DNA of 64,000 nt from Promethearchaeota archaeon (GCA_048941265.1 JBHLNT010000002.1:20087-84086); one strand, 5' to 3'; counted from the first letter of the stretch, positions 27,789 through 38,821 are shown. A program made the numbers and translations. The notes: generated by a model from the letters alone, not told the origin.

Positions 27789-30083
27789 TTAAAAAAATTT
27801 CTTAGAAATATAATTCTTTGCCATTTCAATTTCTTTTCTAGTTTCTTCAGATTCAATTTCTTTTTCAATTTCTTTGGAGACTACATCCTTCACAGCATCA
27901 ATATTGAACGAAATTTGAGAAAAGTCACTTTTTAAAATGAGAGGGACAAAATCAACTCCTCTTCCTTCATAAAATTTAAAAAAGAATTCATAAAAATGTA
28001 ACCTTATTGCATTTAAAAATACAAGTATTCCCTCTAAAAGAATTACTAAAATATTCCCTAAAATTAAACCAATTATTATTAGTACCTGTACAAGTATTGA
28101 CTCTTGGTTTGGTAAAATGTTAATCATAGCTTCTATAGCAAGCATTAAAGATAAATGCGCTAATAACAAAGCTAATAATCGTGTATAAGAAAGAACGTTA
28201 CTCGGAACAGATAAAACAGTTTCAAAAGTATCCATTGATCCTTCTCCCAATAATGCACCATATGTCTGTTCTTTCATATATGAGATACCAATCAATTTCC
28301 CAAAGGGTTTAAATAGTAATAGTAAAATTCCGGGGAGTATGGGCAGTAAAATAGGAGGAAAAGGAGTAGGAGGAACAGGTGTGAGCCATGCATTAAAATT
28401 TATCCCCCATACAAAAATTAATACAATCCCTCCATCTAAAAATAGCATTTTCATTAAGGTTTCGGTAAATGCTTGATATTTTTTAGATGCTTTCCATAAG
28501 TTTATAATTTGAAGAAGCCATCCTAAGTTAAGATGAAAAACTCCAATAAATATAGCCATAATAAAGATAGTCATGATGTTATTTATAGGATTATAAAAGG
28601 TTATAGGTCCAATAAAGGGGAGGGGTATTTGAACAGGCATTAAATGATATCCTAAAATCTCTTCAGTGCCAAAAAATTCACCATAAAGAAACCCTACTAA
28701 AATTGCCCATAATCCACACCAAAAAATTATCCAAGAAAAATTAACATAATCTCCACCTCGTTTTTTAAAAACTCTTGAACCGACAATTCCAGCAATAGCT
28801 AAAACTAATCCATGTCCAATATCTCCAAACATGATTCCAAATAACAAGGGAAACGTAATAAATAAAAATGGGGTAGGATCTATTTCAGAATAAGAGGGGA
28901 TTCCATACATTCTCGTTAAAGTTTCAAAAGGTCTTATTATCCGATTGTGTTTCATCATCGTTGGGGTCTCATCCATAATATCTTTCTGTGCTCCTGAATC
29001 TTCCTCTTTTTCCTTAACTACCTTTTTAGGAGCAGCTCCAGATCTTATTGATTTATCTTCTGATGAGCTTTGAGTATCTAAATCTTCAGTTATTTGACCT
29101 CTTTTCTCGATATTAAATACTCTAACATTTATTTTTTGACCGTAATTATCATATAACGTCTTTTTTACTTCTTCTTTTTTCATTAGAGGTACAAAAAATC
29201 TAAATCTAAGACGATTAAATGATAAATCTTCAAATTGTTTTTCTGCCCAGCTAAATTCTTCAAGATTATATACAACTTCATTTATAGCAGCAAATTTTGG
29301 TAAATTATCGTCTCTGATTCTTTTTAATTCCATTTCATATTTCGTTAATGTATTTTCTATGACATCAATTTCTCTATTAACTCGTAAGAAATTTATACCA
29401 TCAGAATTCAAATATTTTTTTAATATAGGAACTTCTTCTGCATGGACGACTCCAAGTCTTTCTCTGAAATCTTTTTCTCTGTCTTTTGGATACACTATAA
29501 AAAAAACTATTCTATCGGTTGAAATAACTTGCGTGCGAATTATATTAGGAAATTCAGTGAATTCAAAAACTGTCTTTAAGTTGGGTAAATTTTTTGAAAA
29601 AGTTGTATATGCTTGAATATTAAAGTAATTTAGTTTTGAGAGGTTATTACGTGATAAATTAATTGTATCAAGGAGTTGATATGTTTCATTTATGATTTTT
29701 ATTTTTTCAAATTCTATTTGTGTTGTTGAAATATATTTTTCTAATTCATTGAAACGATTTGTATAAAAATATACTTCTTCTAAAAGATTAGTAATAAGTT
29801 CTGATGAGTCTTTTGCTGTAAAATCAATTTTTACTTTACTTGTTAACCTAATTTCATTAAAATCATTTTCATAAATATTTAGTTTTTTGAATAAGTTATC
29901 TAAATTCACTCTTAAACTTATAATATCCTCCTTTTTAGTACTCTCTTCCTTTTGATAAATTGGTTTTGATTTTATATGAATAGCTTTTAATTCGGCAAGT
30001 TTAATTAATAAAAGTTCTTGATATCTCTCGTCTATAATTATATTGAAAAGACACATTTCATTAGTAACTTTCATTTTTCCCAT
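27789..30083 (-). CDS. atpI: A/V-type ATPase subunit I (a)
   Basis: YG.P.Y.EIDPT, FGIMFGDIGHG, SNVLSYTRLLAL (essential Arg) and RLHFYEFF.KFYEG. Confidence 0.95.
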   Translation of the reverse strand: MGKMKVTNEMCLFNIIIDERYQELLLIKLAELKAIHIKSKPIYQKEESTKKEDIISLRVNLDNLFKKLNIYENDFNEIRLTSKVKIDFTAKDSSELITNLLEEVYFYTNRFNELEKYISTTQIEFEKIKIINETYQLLDTINLSRNNLSKLNYFNIQAYTTFSKNLPNLKTVFEFTEFPNIIRTQVISTDRIVFFIVYPKDREKDFRERLGVVHAEEVPILKKYLNSDGINFLRVNREIDVIENTLTKYEMELKRIRDDNLPKFAAINEVVYNLEEFSWAEKQFEDLSFNRLRFRFFVPLMKKEEVKKTLYDNYGQKINVRVFNIEKRGQITEDLDTQSSSEDKSIRSGAAPKKVVKEKEEDSGAQKDIMDETPTMMKHNRIIRPFETLTRMYGIPSYSEIDPTPFLFITFPLLFGIMFGDIGHGLVLAIAGIVGSRVFKKRGGDYVNFSWIIFWCGLWAILVGFLYGEFFGTEEILGYHLMPVQIPLPFIGPITFYNPINNIMTIFIMAIFIGVFHLNLGWLLQIINLWKASKKYQAFTETLMKMLFLDGGIVLIFVWGINFNAWLTPVPPTPFPPILLPILPGILLLLFKPFGKLIGISYMKEQTYGALLGEGSMDTFETVLSVPSNVLSYTRLLALLLAHLSLMLAIEAMINILPNQESILVQVLIIIGLILGNILVILLEGILVFLNAIRLHFYEFFFKFYEGRGVDFVPLILKSDFSQISFNIDAVKDVVSKEIEKEIESEETRKEIEMAKNYISKKFF

Positions 30084-30088
30084 CCTAA

Positions 30089-30733
30089 CTATGTTATAAT
30101 CTCTTTTTTAACTAAATTTTTTGTTTTTTTCAACCTCACAAAATTTTCTCTATCAAGCTCTTCTAAAGTATTTTTAATTGTTTTTATATTCGATTCTAAT
30201 TCAGGTTTGACTACATTCCTTATCCCATTTATTCTTCTGCTTATTTTTTTAAAATTAAATGCAAGCTTTAACATAATATTTTCTTTTTCAGCAAATAAAA
30301 TGAGTTTATTAAAAAAGTCCTTTAAAACGAGGATTAGATCATCAAGCTGAGGGCTTGTGTTGTCAAATGAATATGAGGGAAGCTTTTTTTCTTGTTTTAA
30401 TTCATAATTAATATAATGAAATAAAATCCCAATCTCTTTTTTATATTTGATGTTAATTATTGGTTTAAACTGGATTTCACTAATCTTACTTATTAATTTA
30501 ATTCTCCGCTTTCCCATTTCCTTATACGCATTATTTAAGGTTAATAAAGATTTTCTATACAAATCATAAAAATTATATTGAGAAATTTTATAATCTGACC
30601 AAGTATGGTTAATTTGTTCCATTAATTGTTCTTGTTTATATTCTAAAAAATTTTCTCCTTTTTTAACAAATTCCAACTGTTTCATTAACTTAATTAAATT
30701 GGTTTTTGTTTGATTTAATTTTTTAAAACTAAT
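30089..30733 (-). CDS. atpD: A/V-type ATPase subunit D
   Basis: C-terminal RRINGIRNVV.P.L...I...LEELDRENFVRLK. Start extended from ATG at 30685 to ATT at 30733 because the upstream codons encode QTKTNLIKL, matching the family PTRxxLxxL segment, behind a GGTG SD. Confidence 0.88.
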   Translation of the reverse strand: MSFKKLNQTKTNLIKLMKQLEFVKKGENFLEYKQEQLMEQINHTWSDYKISQYNFYDLYRKSLLTLNNAYKEMGKRRIKLISKISEIQFKPIINIKYKKEIGILFHYINYELKQEKKLPSYSFDNTSPQLDDLILVLKDFFNKLILFAEKENIMLKLAFNFKKISRRINGIRNVVKPELESNIKTIKNTLEELDRENFVRLKKTKNLVKKEIIT

Positions 30734-30736
30734 ATT

Positions 30737-32128
30737 TTACACCTTTGATGGATAATATTTCTCAATTAACTCTCGATGAATTCGATACAATTGATTTTGT
30801 GGAATGTTAGCGAGAACTTCCCATCCTATTGAAAAAGTACTTACAAAATTCCGATTTTCCTCAAATGATTGATTTAAAAATTTTCTCTCAAATTCTTCTC
30901 CAAATTTTAATAGTGCCTTTTGATCCAAATTAAGACTATCTTCTCCAACTATTGATATTAAATCTCGGACTTCAAGTGAACTTGAATAAGAAGCTAGTAA
31001 TTGAGAGCTAATATCCGCGTGATCTTCTCTTGTATTTTCTTTTCCTATTGCATCTTTCATTAGTCGCGAAATTGAAGCTAAGACGTCGAACGGGGGATAG
31101 ATCCCCTTTTTTTGTAAACTACGATTAAGGACTAATTGTCCTTCAGTGATATAACCGGTTGTGTCGGGGATAGGATGAGAAATATCATCATTCGGCATTG
31201 TTAAAATTGGAATTTGGGTAATAGACCCTTTTTTACCCTTTATTTTTCCTGTTCTTTCATAAATGGATGCTAAATTAGAATATAGATACCCTGGATATCC
31301 TTTTCTGCTCGGAATTTCCTCCTTAGCTGTACTTAGTTCTCTTAAAGCTTCGCAATAATTAGTCATATCAACTAAAATCACTAAAACATGCATATCTTTT
31401 TCAAATGCGAAATATTCTGCTGTTGTTAGCGCAACATTTGGTATAATCAATCGTTCCATTACAGGATCATCTGCAAAATTAATAAATGAAATTATATTTT
31501 GTATATTTCCGCTCTGTTGAAAACGATCCATAAAAAAAATTGCCTCATCCTGTATAATTCCAATTCCACAAAAAATTACTAAAAAAGGTTCTCCTGTTAA
31601 GACTTTCGCTTGGGTTACTATTTGGGCAGCAACTCTATTATGTGGTAATCCCTGACCACTAAAAATAGGAAGTTTTTGACCTCTTATTAATGTAAATAAA
31701 CCATCAATTGTAGATATTCCTGTCTGTATAACTTCTGAAGGATATTGTCTAGCAAATGGATTTATGGGAGCCCCATTAATATCTCGCTCAACATCAGTTA
31801 AAATATCGGATTCCAAAACTTTTTTCGTATAGATATCAATTGGCCTACCTAAAGAATTAAAAACACCACCTAACATATCATTTGAAATTTTTGCTTTAAA
31901 AGAATCTTCTGTAAAAATGACTTCTGAATTATCTGAAGATAATCCTTTTGTATCCTCAAAAACTTCAACTACAATTATATTCTCATCAATTTTTACCACT
32001 TGTCCAATTCGATCTTGTTGACCATCTGTATGGATATTTACAATTTCTCCATATTGCACACTATGATCATTTTCTATAAATAATAATGGCCCTGCAATTT
32101 GTCTTATTTTATTATAGCTAATACTCAT
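30737..32128 (-). CDS. atpB: A/V-type ATPase subunit B
   Basis: [47 protein letters not shown] and SRLMK. Confidence 0.97.
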   Translation of the reverse strand: MSISYNKIRQIAGPLLFIENDHSVQYGEIVNIHTDGQQDRIGQVVKIDENIIVVEVFEDTKGLSSDNSEVIFTEDSFKAKISNDMLGGVFNSLGRPIDIYTKKVLESDILTDVERDINGAPINPFARQYPSEVIQTGISTIDGLFTLIRGQKLPIFSGQGLPHNRVAAQIVTQAKVLTGEPFLVIFCGIGIIQDEAIFFMDRFQQSGNIQNIISFINFADDPVMERLIIPNVALTTAEYFAFEKDMHVLVILVDMTNYCEALRELSTAKEEIPSRKGYPGYLYSNLASIYERTGKIKGKKGSITQIPILTMPNDDISHPIPDTTGYITEGQLVLNRSLQKKGIYPPFDVLASISRLMKDAIGKENTREDHADISSQLLASYSSSLEVRDLISIVGEDSLNLDQKALLKFGEEFERKFLNQSFEENRNFVSTFSIGWEVLANIPQNQLYRIHRELIEKYYPSKV

Positions 32129-32130
32129 CT

Positions 32131-33963
32131 TTATCTCATCATACTATAAGAGTGTTTTAATGCTTCAATTTCATTAATTAATTTTTCTTTAATTCTCTCT
32201 ATTTTATAAAACTCATCATTAGGGATTGATTTTCCAATCCCCAAAATATCATTGATGATTTCAAGATCTTTGATTTCTTCAATAATAATTCCTTCATCTA
32301 AGAGATTTTTAGCTTCTTTATATAACAAAAGTATAATTTTTATATGACCAAACAACTTATTAACATCTGAATAATTGTCTATACTATCAAATGCATTTTG
32401 AATAAGAAAACTTTCTCTAATTAACTTCGCTATAAAAAGATCCAACTGCTGGTCTTCTGGTAAATTTTCTTCTCCTATTAATTGAACAACATTTTTTAAA
32501 TTATTTTCTCTTGATAAAATTTCATTTACTTCATTACGGCACTCAATCCAATCGATATCGATCTGGTTCCAGTCAATGTTTCTTTTGTCCCACCAAGTAG
32601 AAATATAGTCTGGATAGTTGGAATATGAATCAAGCCAATTTAATGCAGGATAATGTTTAGCATATGCTAATCTGGCATCCAAAGCCCAAAAAGCCTGAAC
32701 AAAACGTTTAGTGGTAGCTGTAACTGGTTCACTAAAATCTCCTGAAGGAGGTGATACAGATCCAATAATAGTTAGTGAACCCATGCTTTCTTCTGCCAAT
32801 TCATTATTTCCTAAAGTTTTCACTATTCCTGCTCTTTCATAAAAGCTTGAAAGTTTTGAGGGCAAATATGCAGGATATCCTTCTTCTGCAGGCATTTCTT
32901 CCAATAAGCCAGAAATTTCTCTCAGTGATTCAGCCCATCTTGAGGTACTATCGGCCATAAGTGCTACATCATATCCCATATCTCTAAAATATTCTGCAAT
33001 CGTTATTCCCGAAAAAATACTCGCTTCTCGAGCAGATACTGGCATGTTTGAAGTATTTGCTATAATTATAACTCGTTCTAGTAATGGACGACCGCTTCGA
33101 GGATCGACTAATTTTGAAAATTCTTTTAAGCTATCAGCAATTTCATTTCCTCTTTCGCCACAACCAACGAAAACAATAACATCAGCATCACACCATTTAG
33201 CTAATGATTGTTGAATCACAGTTTTGCCTGTACCAAATCCTCCTGGAACTGCTACAGTACCACCTTTAGCTACTGGAAATAATAAATCAATTACACGAAT
33301 TCCCGTAATTAACGGAACTTTTGGAGTTTCTTTTTTATAGAAAGGTCTTTTTCTCGTGATTGGCCATTTTTGTATCATGTCATAAGTCTTTTCTTTCCCA
33401 TCTTTCTGTAGTGTATAAATCTTATCTTCTATTGTATAATCTCCCTCATCTCTTATAAAACTTAAAAATCCAGATTCCCCTGGAGGAATTAAAATAAAAT
33501 GTCTAACTGAAGCTGTCTCTTGCACATAACCAATTTTATCTCCCTCGAATACTTCTTCTTTTTTATTTTTTAACGGTATAAAGTGCCATTTTTTCTTCCT
33601 CGACAAGGATGGTACTTGAATCCCCCTTTCTAAAAATCCCATTTCAAATTGCTCATAAATATTTTCTAATGGTCTTTGAATACCATCAAAAATTTTTCCC
33701 AAAAGACCTGGAGCTAATTCCATAGATAAAGATTCTTTTAGATCAACAACATCTTCATATAATACCATATTATTGGTATTCTCATAACATTGAACAACTA
33801 TTCTATCATTATATATTTGAATAACTTCTCCTAAAACATTATGTTTTGAAACTCTAACTAAATCATGAAGTCGAATTTCGTGTTCCAAACCTTTAATTTC
33901 GATTAAAGATCCATTTATGGCAGAGATATATCCTAGATTCAAAACATTATTCGATTTGGTCAT
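32131..33963 (-). CDS. atpA: A/V-type ATPase subunit A (canonical catalytic copy)
   Basis: [32 protein letters not shown] and [11 protein letters not shown]. Confidence 0.97.
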   Translation of the reverse strand: MTKSNNVLNLGYISAINGSLIEIKGLEHEIRLHDLVRVSKHNVLGEVIQIYNDRIVVQCYENTNNMVLYEDVVDLKESLSMELAPGLLGKIFDGIQRPLENIYEQFEMGFLERGIQVPSLSRKKKWHFIPLKNKKEEVFEGDKIGYVQETASVRHFILIPPGESGFLSFIRDEGDYTIEDKIYTLQKDGKEKTYDMIQKWPITRKRPFYKKETPKVPLITGIRVIDLLFPVAKGGTVAVPGGFGTGKTVIQQSLAKWCDADVIVFVGCGERGNEIADSLKEFSKLVDPRSGRPLLERVIIIANTSNMPVSAREASIFSGITIAEYFRDMGYDVALMADSTSRWAESLREISGLLEEMPAEEGYPAYLPSKLSSFYERAGIVKTLGNNELAEESMGSLTIIGSVSPPSGDFSEPVTATTKRFVQAFWALDARLAYAKHYPALNWLDSYSNYPDYISTWWDKRNIDWNQIDIDWIECRNEVNEILSRENNLKNVVQLIGEENLPEDQQLDLFIAKLIRESFLIQNAFDSIDNYSDVNKLFGHIKIILLLYKEAKNLLDEGIIIEEIKDLEIINDILGIGKSIPNDEFYKIERIKEKLINEIEALKHSYSMMR

Positions 33964-34627
33964 ATTTACTCAAATATTCCTCAATATTCCTTTTTTTATC
34001 ATTTATTAATTTTTCAAATTCATTTTCTAATTTTTTATATTCATCGTCGGTAATCAAGTTAGAAAATTGCATTTCAATTAGGGTTTTTTGTAAATTTATT
34101 AAATGATTTATTGTGTAATCATAAGAAACTATCGCATTTTTTCTTGATATCTTAAATCCTCCAATAAAACCACTTGAATCTTCTTTAATAATTACTTTGT
34201 TTTTAAATAATTTCTCAATTTTTTCGGAATTTTTTATAAAATATTTATAATCATTTGAATTAAACAGGATTATAATTTCAGGAGGAGAATCAATATTTTT
34301 ACTAATATTTTTAATATAATTCAATAAAAAATCAATGTAATGGGAGTAATTTTTTTTAATTCTCGCTTTAATTGAGTCTAGAAGAGTTACTTTGAAATCT
34401 TTTAGCAAACTATTTTTTAAACTTAAAATCCTTTCCTTTGCTTTTAAAAGTACTGTTGTTATTTGTGTATTTAAGAATTGGTTATAAGCTTCAACAAAAC
34501 TTTGCCTAATTTTCATAGAACTATTATTTCCTTGTTCAGTATTTTTTTTTCTAATTTTCGCTTTTTGAAATAAGGTTTGCTTATGTATTTCACTAATTTC
34601 TAGCTGAGCTCTTTCTACCAAATACAT
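33947..34627 (-). CDS. atpE: A/V-type ATPase subunit E (probable true start ATT at 34672)
   Basis: Long N-terminal helix and C-terminal FIGGFKI...SYDYTI motif; located between F and A. Confidence 0.8.
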   Translation of the reverse strand: MYLVERAQLEISEIHKQTLFQKAKIRKKNTEQGNNSSMKIRQSFVEAYNQFLNTQITTVLLKAKERILSLKNSLLKDFKVTLLDSIKARIKKNYSHYIDFLLNYIKNISKNIDSPPEIIILFNSNDYKYFIKNSEKIEKLFKNKVIIKEDSSGFIGGFKISRKNAIVSYDYTINHLINLQKTLIEMQFSNLITDDEYKKLENEFEKLINDKKRNIEEYLSKYDQIE

Positions 34628-34686
34628 TCCTAAAGTTCCGACACTTTCTTTTAGACTTTTTTCTTTTGAAATATTAGAACACCCTT

Positions 34687-35007
34687 TTATTTTAAGATCT
34701 TTCCGATTGATTCATAAACCTTTTTTAATAATACATCCTTTTGTTCCAAATCTAAGTTAAAAATGTCTGGTAAATAAATGACAAAAGGTTTTCTTATATT
34801 TAATTTAAAATTGACTAAATACTCAATGATATCATCTGCAATATCTAAGGCAACAATGATCATTTCAATTTTAGGGTCATTTGTCAATTTTTTAAATTGT
34901 TTCATAAAATTCTCATTCTCACTAATAACTGTTCCTTCTAAACCCAACAATCCAAACATTAAAACACTTTCATCATTCCCAATTATATGAATCTTTTGTT
35001 CAGACAT
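34687..35007 (-). CDS. atpF: A/V-type ATPase subunit F
   Basis: KIHIIGNDESVLMFGLLGLEG and P..I.LPD; size and operon position fit. Confidence 0.9.
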   Translation of the reverse strand: MSEQKIHIIGNDESVLMFGLLGLEGTVISENENFMKQFKKLTNDPKIEMIIVALDIADDIIEYLVNFKLNIRKPFVIYLPDIFNLDLEQKDVLLKKVYESIGKILK

Positions 35008-35318
35008 TAAAAATCATATCCCATTTTTTTTGTAATAAGTTCTGCTAAATTATCTTTACTATTTTGATAATTTAAATCAATCTTTTTTATTGCTTCACTG
35101 AATTTTTTCTCAAACTTTTCAATATAATCATTAATTTCTTTTGAAACATCTTTTATAACCGAATTTACAAATTCATTTTTTTTTTCAAGTGTTGATTTTA
35201 AATCGTTTTCTAATTGTTCTTCTATCGATTGAATATCAGTAGAACTCTCTTCTTTTGCTTTATTAATTAAATTTTCATAAACTTTTTCTATATCACTTAA
35301 CATTTCGAAAAGATTCAT
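35007..35318 (-). CDS. A/V-type ATPase subunit H (G), peripheral stalk
   Basis: 103-aa all-helical coiled-coil protein within the ATPase operon; start/stop overlap with subunit F. Confidence 0.7.
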   Translation of the reverse strand: MNLFEMLSDIEKVYENLINKAKEESSTDIQSIEEQLENDLKSTLEKKNEFVNSVIKDVSKEINDYIEKFEKKFSEAIKKIDLNYQNSKDNLAELITKKMGYDF

Positions 35319-35359
35319 GGAGCATCGTTTCTTTTTTATAATTATATTAATTTTGTAAT

Positions 35360-36403
35360 TTACTCTAAAACACTAAATTTTTCATGAATAATTCTTACTA
35401 CATTTGGTATAATTTCATATTTAATTTCAAGTTCTTTTCTAATTATCAGTTCTAAAATTCTAAAAATTGTTAAATCATCAATATCTTGTATTTGATATCT
35501 AGACTTACTAAAAAAATAATCTTTATATATCCTTTCGAGTTTCCACATCGGACGATCTGATTCAAGGATTTGAAGGCCTTCCAGGTCTGTAATCCTTCCT
35601 AAAGTATCATTAATATATGAAAAAAAATCTTCTAAACTCTCTCGAGTTAAAAGAAACTCCATTTTTTTATCATTGAAGAAAAAATACTTATTGATTAAGA
35701 ATTGAGATAACAAATTTTTGTCTATATTATTTTTAATTCCACGATAAATTAAGTTTATATTATAAATTTCAGTAATGAATGAATCAAATAATGAAATAAT
35801 CCTTTTTTCGTTTTGATCATATGATCCTTCTCTGTTAACCAAATTTAGATAATATTGTTGATCTAAGAACGATTCTAGTACGAATACTTCATTGTAATTT
35901 TTAAAATAAAGTAGACCTTCTCGTATAGCTTTATAATATCTGGTACCCTTCATATATAATTGAATCTGTTCTAATGTTGGAATCTCAATTAAATCTTTTA
36001 TAAAATCTGTTTTTTCTAAATATTCTTCAACTAAAAAATTTACATTTCGTAGTATTTCTTCATGACTCATATTAACAATAAAACCTAAAATGATCTGTTT
36101 AATATTCATAATTTCATATTTCAGTAAATAGTCTTTTAAAAAATTTCTCATATTTAATGGAGAAAACGAAATAATTTTTCCATTTACCTTGATAAAAAAG
36201 TCATATAGTGCTAGCTCGATATTTTCAATAGTATATTCTTTAATATTTAAATCAGGATAAAAGGGTTTTATAAATTCTATAAAATCTTCTATTGTGTAAT
36301 AGTTCCCCAATTTTTTTAGTTGATCTTCATCCATTAATAATTTTTTTAAGTAGGTTGACCTGATAAATGTATACGCATAAGTCGGTACAACAACACTCGT
36401 TAA
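35360..36403 (-). CDS. atpC: A/V-type ATPase subunit C (d / AC39 family)
   Basis: KYEIMNIK, LESFLDQQYY and EIYNINLIYRG repeats. The open in-frame region upstream of ATG at 36334 encodes YAYTFIRS.YLKKLL, resembling the family N-terminus, behind an AGGTGA SD. Confidence 0.85.
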   Translation of the reverse strand, partial: LTSVVVPTYAYTFIRSTYLKKLLMDEDQLKKLGNYYTIEDFIEFIKPFYPDLNIKEYTIENIELALYDFFIKVNGKIISFSPLNMRNFLKDYLLKYEIMNIKQIILGFIVNMSHEEILRNVNFLVEEYLEKTDFIKDLIEIPTLEQIQLYMKGTRYYKAIREGLLYFKNYNEVFVLESFLDQQYYLNLVNREGSYDQNEKRIISLFDSFITEIYNINLIYRGIKNNIDKNLLSQFLINKYFFFNDKKMEFLLTRESLEDFFSYINDTLGRITDLEGLQILESDRPMWKLERIYKDYFFSKSRYQIQDIDDLTIFRILELIIRKELEIKYEIIPNVVRIIHEKFSVLE

Positions 36404-36451
36404 ATAATCACCTAAAACCTCAAAAATTTTGCAATAAATATTAAAACTCCA

Positions 36452-36835
36452 TTAAGCTGGAATATTTGGGATTTTCGTCCACAAGAGTATTGCAATGATC
36501 AGCCCGTAGACAGCAAGAGCTTCACATAAAGCTACAACTAAAAAAGCTTTAAAAAAAGCTTCTTCTCTTTCAGTCAATGTTGCTATCGCAGAGGTGCCAA
36601 CTGTTCTTAAAGCCAAACCACTTCCTAGTATACCCAAGCCTACTGCTATTCCTGCACCTAAACCAAGCATTCCTGCTGTTCCGGCTTGATAATACTTTAA
36701 ATTATCTGAGCTTGTACCCTGAGCTGCCGCAAAAATGATGATTCCGTTGACAGTGAAAAATACAACCGCAATTAAAAATAATTGGTAAAATACAAGTAAT
36801 GAATAAAATTTTTTTTTACCATTCATAAGTATCAT
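36452..36835 (-). CDS. atpK: A/V-type ATPase proteolipid subunit K (c): single hairpin plus N-terminal hydrophobic leader
   Basis: GAGIAVGLG..GSG helix and ALCEALAVYGLIIAILL with the carrier Glu. Confidence 0.93.
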   Translation of the reverse strand: MILMNGKKKFYSLLVFYQLFLIAVVFFTVNGIIIFAAAQGTSSDNLKYYQAGTAGMLGLGAGIAVGLGILGSGLALRTVGTSAIATLTEREEAFFKAFLVVALCEALAVYGLIIAILLWTKIPNIPA

Positions 36836-37108
36836 ATCGTTTTTTTTTTAGTTTATTAAGAATTATATATTAATACTTCTGTTTAAAGATTGCTATAACT
36901 TTTGATAAATTTTCATTGCTTTTTAATATCCCAAATAAGGATTAAGAAATAGAACTTATTATAACGAGTATTTCTGTTGAACATTAAGATTCTTCAATAT
37001 TGGATCTGATTTTCTTAATGTCTTCACACTACTATAAAAATTATTTAATTTTAGATTTTATTATAAAGTAAAATATATCGACTATTCTATTTTTTTATTA
37101 ATTCTTTA

Positions 37109-37146
37109 AACTCGATTATGATAATCTAACTCGATTATGATAATCT
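37109..37146. repeat. Tandem 19-bp direct repeat (AACTCGATTATGATAATCT x2); each unit contains the palindrome GATTAT-G-ATAATC
   Basis: Read directly from the sequence between the endA stop and the ATPase operon start. Confidence 0.9.
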
Positions 37147-37169
37147 ATTAATTAGGTTATTTTATTAAT

Positions 37170-37775
37170 TTATGGCTTAAACCACTCGAAGAAATAATAA
37201 CTGTTTGTTAAAGGATTCGCAATCACGAATTTTTTTCTTACTGATGTTGCTAATCTTCCGGCCCTCACCATATCAATAGCACTAATTTTTGAGTCATGTG
37301 GAAGAACATGAACAATAAAAGGAGAATGTTCCAAACCCGGGCCTTTTTTATAAACTACAAAATCTGCTCCAAATTTAAGTCCTGGTCTTGGAATATAACC
37401 TTTTTCCCTCAAATCTTTATATATTACATATTTCTCCTCAAATTTATGATGATTTTTTTTCCCAATTTCATACAGTTCTTTGCAACTTAATAATTGATTT
37501 GTTTTTACATCGAGAACAGTTATCTCATCTCTTTCAAGTAAATAATTAGCTTCTATAAGAGATAATTCTGAAGGCTTAGAGAAATATTCCAATCTGGGCT
37601 TGTTAATACCTAACGGAGATCCATAAAACCCTTTTTTTACGTATAGATAAGATGCGTAAAGAGGATTAAAAACTATAACTCTTGAATTTATAAATTTTGC
37701 GGGAATTTTTTTTGGTATATCTTCGGGATTAATATCATCCAACGAAATTTCGTTATCTGTCTCCTTACTCATCAA
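37170..37775 (-). CDS. endA: tRNA-intron endonuclease (catalytic subunit)
   Basis: LSLIEA.YL, YKDLREKGY..RPGLKFGADFVVY..GP..EHS and R.ATSVRKK, giving the Tyr/His/Lys triad. Confidence 0.95.
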   Translation of the reverse strand: MMSKETDNEISLDDINPEDIPKKIPAKFINSRVIVFNPLYASYLYVKKGFYGSPLGINKPRLEYFSKPSELSLIEANYLLERDEITVLDVKTNQLLSCKELYEIGKKNHHKFEEKYVIYKDLREKGYIPRPGLKFGADFVVYKKGPGLEHSPFIVHVLPHDSKISAIDMVRAGRLATSVRKKFVIANPLTNSYYFFEWFKP

Positions 37776-37898
37776 TATAGAATTATTTAGAATAATTTAT
37801 TAACCCTTTCAAATTCTTAAGAATGGAATAAAATTATTTATATTCCAAAATGATTAATAAATTTAATATTAAAAATCTATAAATTGCGAATTATAAAA

Positions 37899-38771
37899 AT
37901 GGTATTTAGAAAAGCAGGTTATGCCGGAAGTTGGTATAAAAAAAAGGGGTTAGCTGAAGCATTAGAAAGTTATTTTTTGGATAAAAATTTCGGACCAGGT
38001 GAAAAACCTGAAAGTCTTAATCTTGAAGAACCTAGAACTATTATCGGAGGTGTATCACCTCATGCAGGTCACGAATACTCTGGACCCTGTGCGGCACACA
38101 CCTATCTTAATCTATTTAAAGAAAAAATACCTGATACAGTTATCATATTAGGGACCGATCATAGAGGGTATAGAAACATTGCATTATTTGAAGACGGAGA
38201 ATGGGAGACTCCTCTGGGAAATTTAAAGATAGATAATGAGTTATCTAAGAAAATATTAGATACTAGCAAGAAAATTGTAAATGATAGTTCAGCATTCTTG
38301 ATTGGTGAGCACAATATTGAAATTCAACTACCTTTCATTAAATATTGCGCAAAGGAAAAGGATTTGAAGATAATTCCAATAAAAATTACACCTCGGATAA
38401 ACTTTAATGTAATGGATGAAATTTCTAGTGATATCGCAAATGCTCTTAAATCTACAGATAAGGATGTCGTCGTCGTTGCATCATCTGATATGACACATGA
38501 ATATGTTCATAGTCAAGAACAGTTAAAAAAATTTAAGGAAATAGATCAAAAAGTAATTGATGGATTTGAAAAATTAAATCCTAAAGAAACACTCGATGCT
38601 GCATTAAGAACTACCGTTTGTGGTCCCCAGACAATTACTACTCTGATTTTAATAAGTAAAAAATGGTTAAATGCAAGCAAGGGGAAACTTTTGAAATATT
38701 ACACAAGTAGTGAAAAAACAGGAACTTTTGACTATTGTGTTGGTTATTTTTCTGGTATTATCATCAAATAA
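37899..38771 (+). CDS. MEMO1-family protein (AmmeMemoRadiSam system protein B)
   Basis: AGSWY, PHAG..YSG, WETPLG, EHNIEIQLPF, SSDMTH, TVCG and VGY. Confidence 0.93.
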   Translation: MVFRKAGYAGSWYKKKGLAEALESYFLDKNFGPGEKPESLNLEEPRTIIGGVSPHAGHEYSGPCAAHTYLNLFKEKIPDTVIILGTDHRGYRNIALFEDGEWETPLGNLKIDNELSKKILDTSKKIVNDSSAFLIGEHNIEIQLPFIKYCAKEKDLKIIPIKITPRINFNVMDEISSDIANALKSTDKDVVVVASSDMTHEYVHSQEQLKKFKEIDQKVIDGFEKLNPKETLDAALRTTVCGPQTITTLILISKKWLNASKGKLLKYYTSSEKTGTFDYCVGYFSGIIIK

Positions 38772-38821
38772 TATAAATAATGAAATTTAATATAAATTAA
38801 AATAACTTTTATTGAGATAAG

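Noticed and set aside
30686-36454. Stop-codon readthrough fusions B-D and K-C (each downstream gene is in frame with the upstream TAA)
   Set aside because: In-frame spacing occurs one time in three by chance, both stops are TAA, SD sites precede the downstream genes, and the fusions are structurally implausible.
37109-37146. CRISPR array
   Set aside because: Only two adjacent 19-bp units with no spacer, and no cas genes in the window.
36836-37883. tRNA genes near the tRNA-splicing endonuclease
   Set aside because: No GC-rich cloverleaf or T-loop GTTCRA context was seen here or in other intergenic regions.
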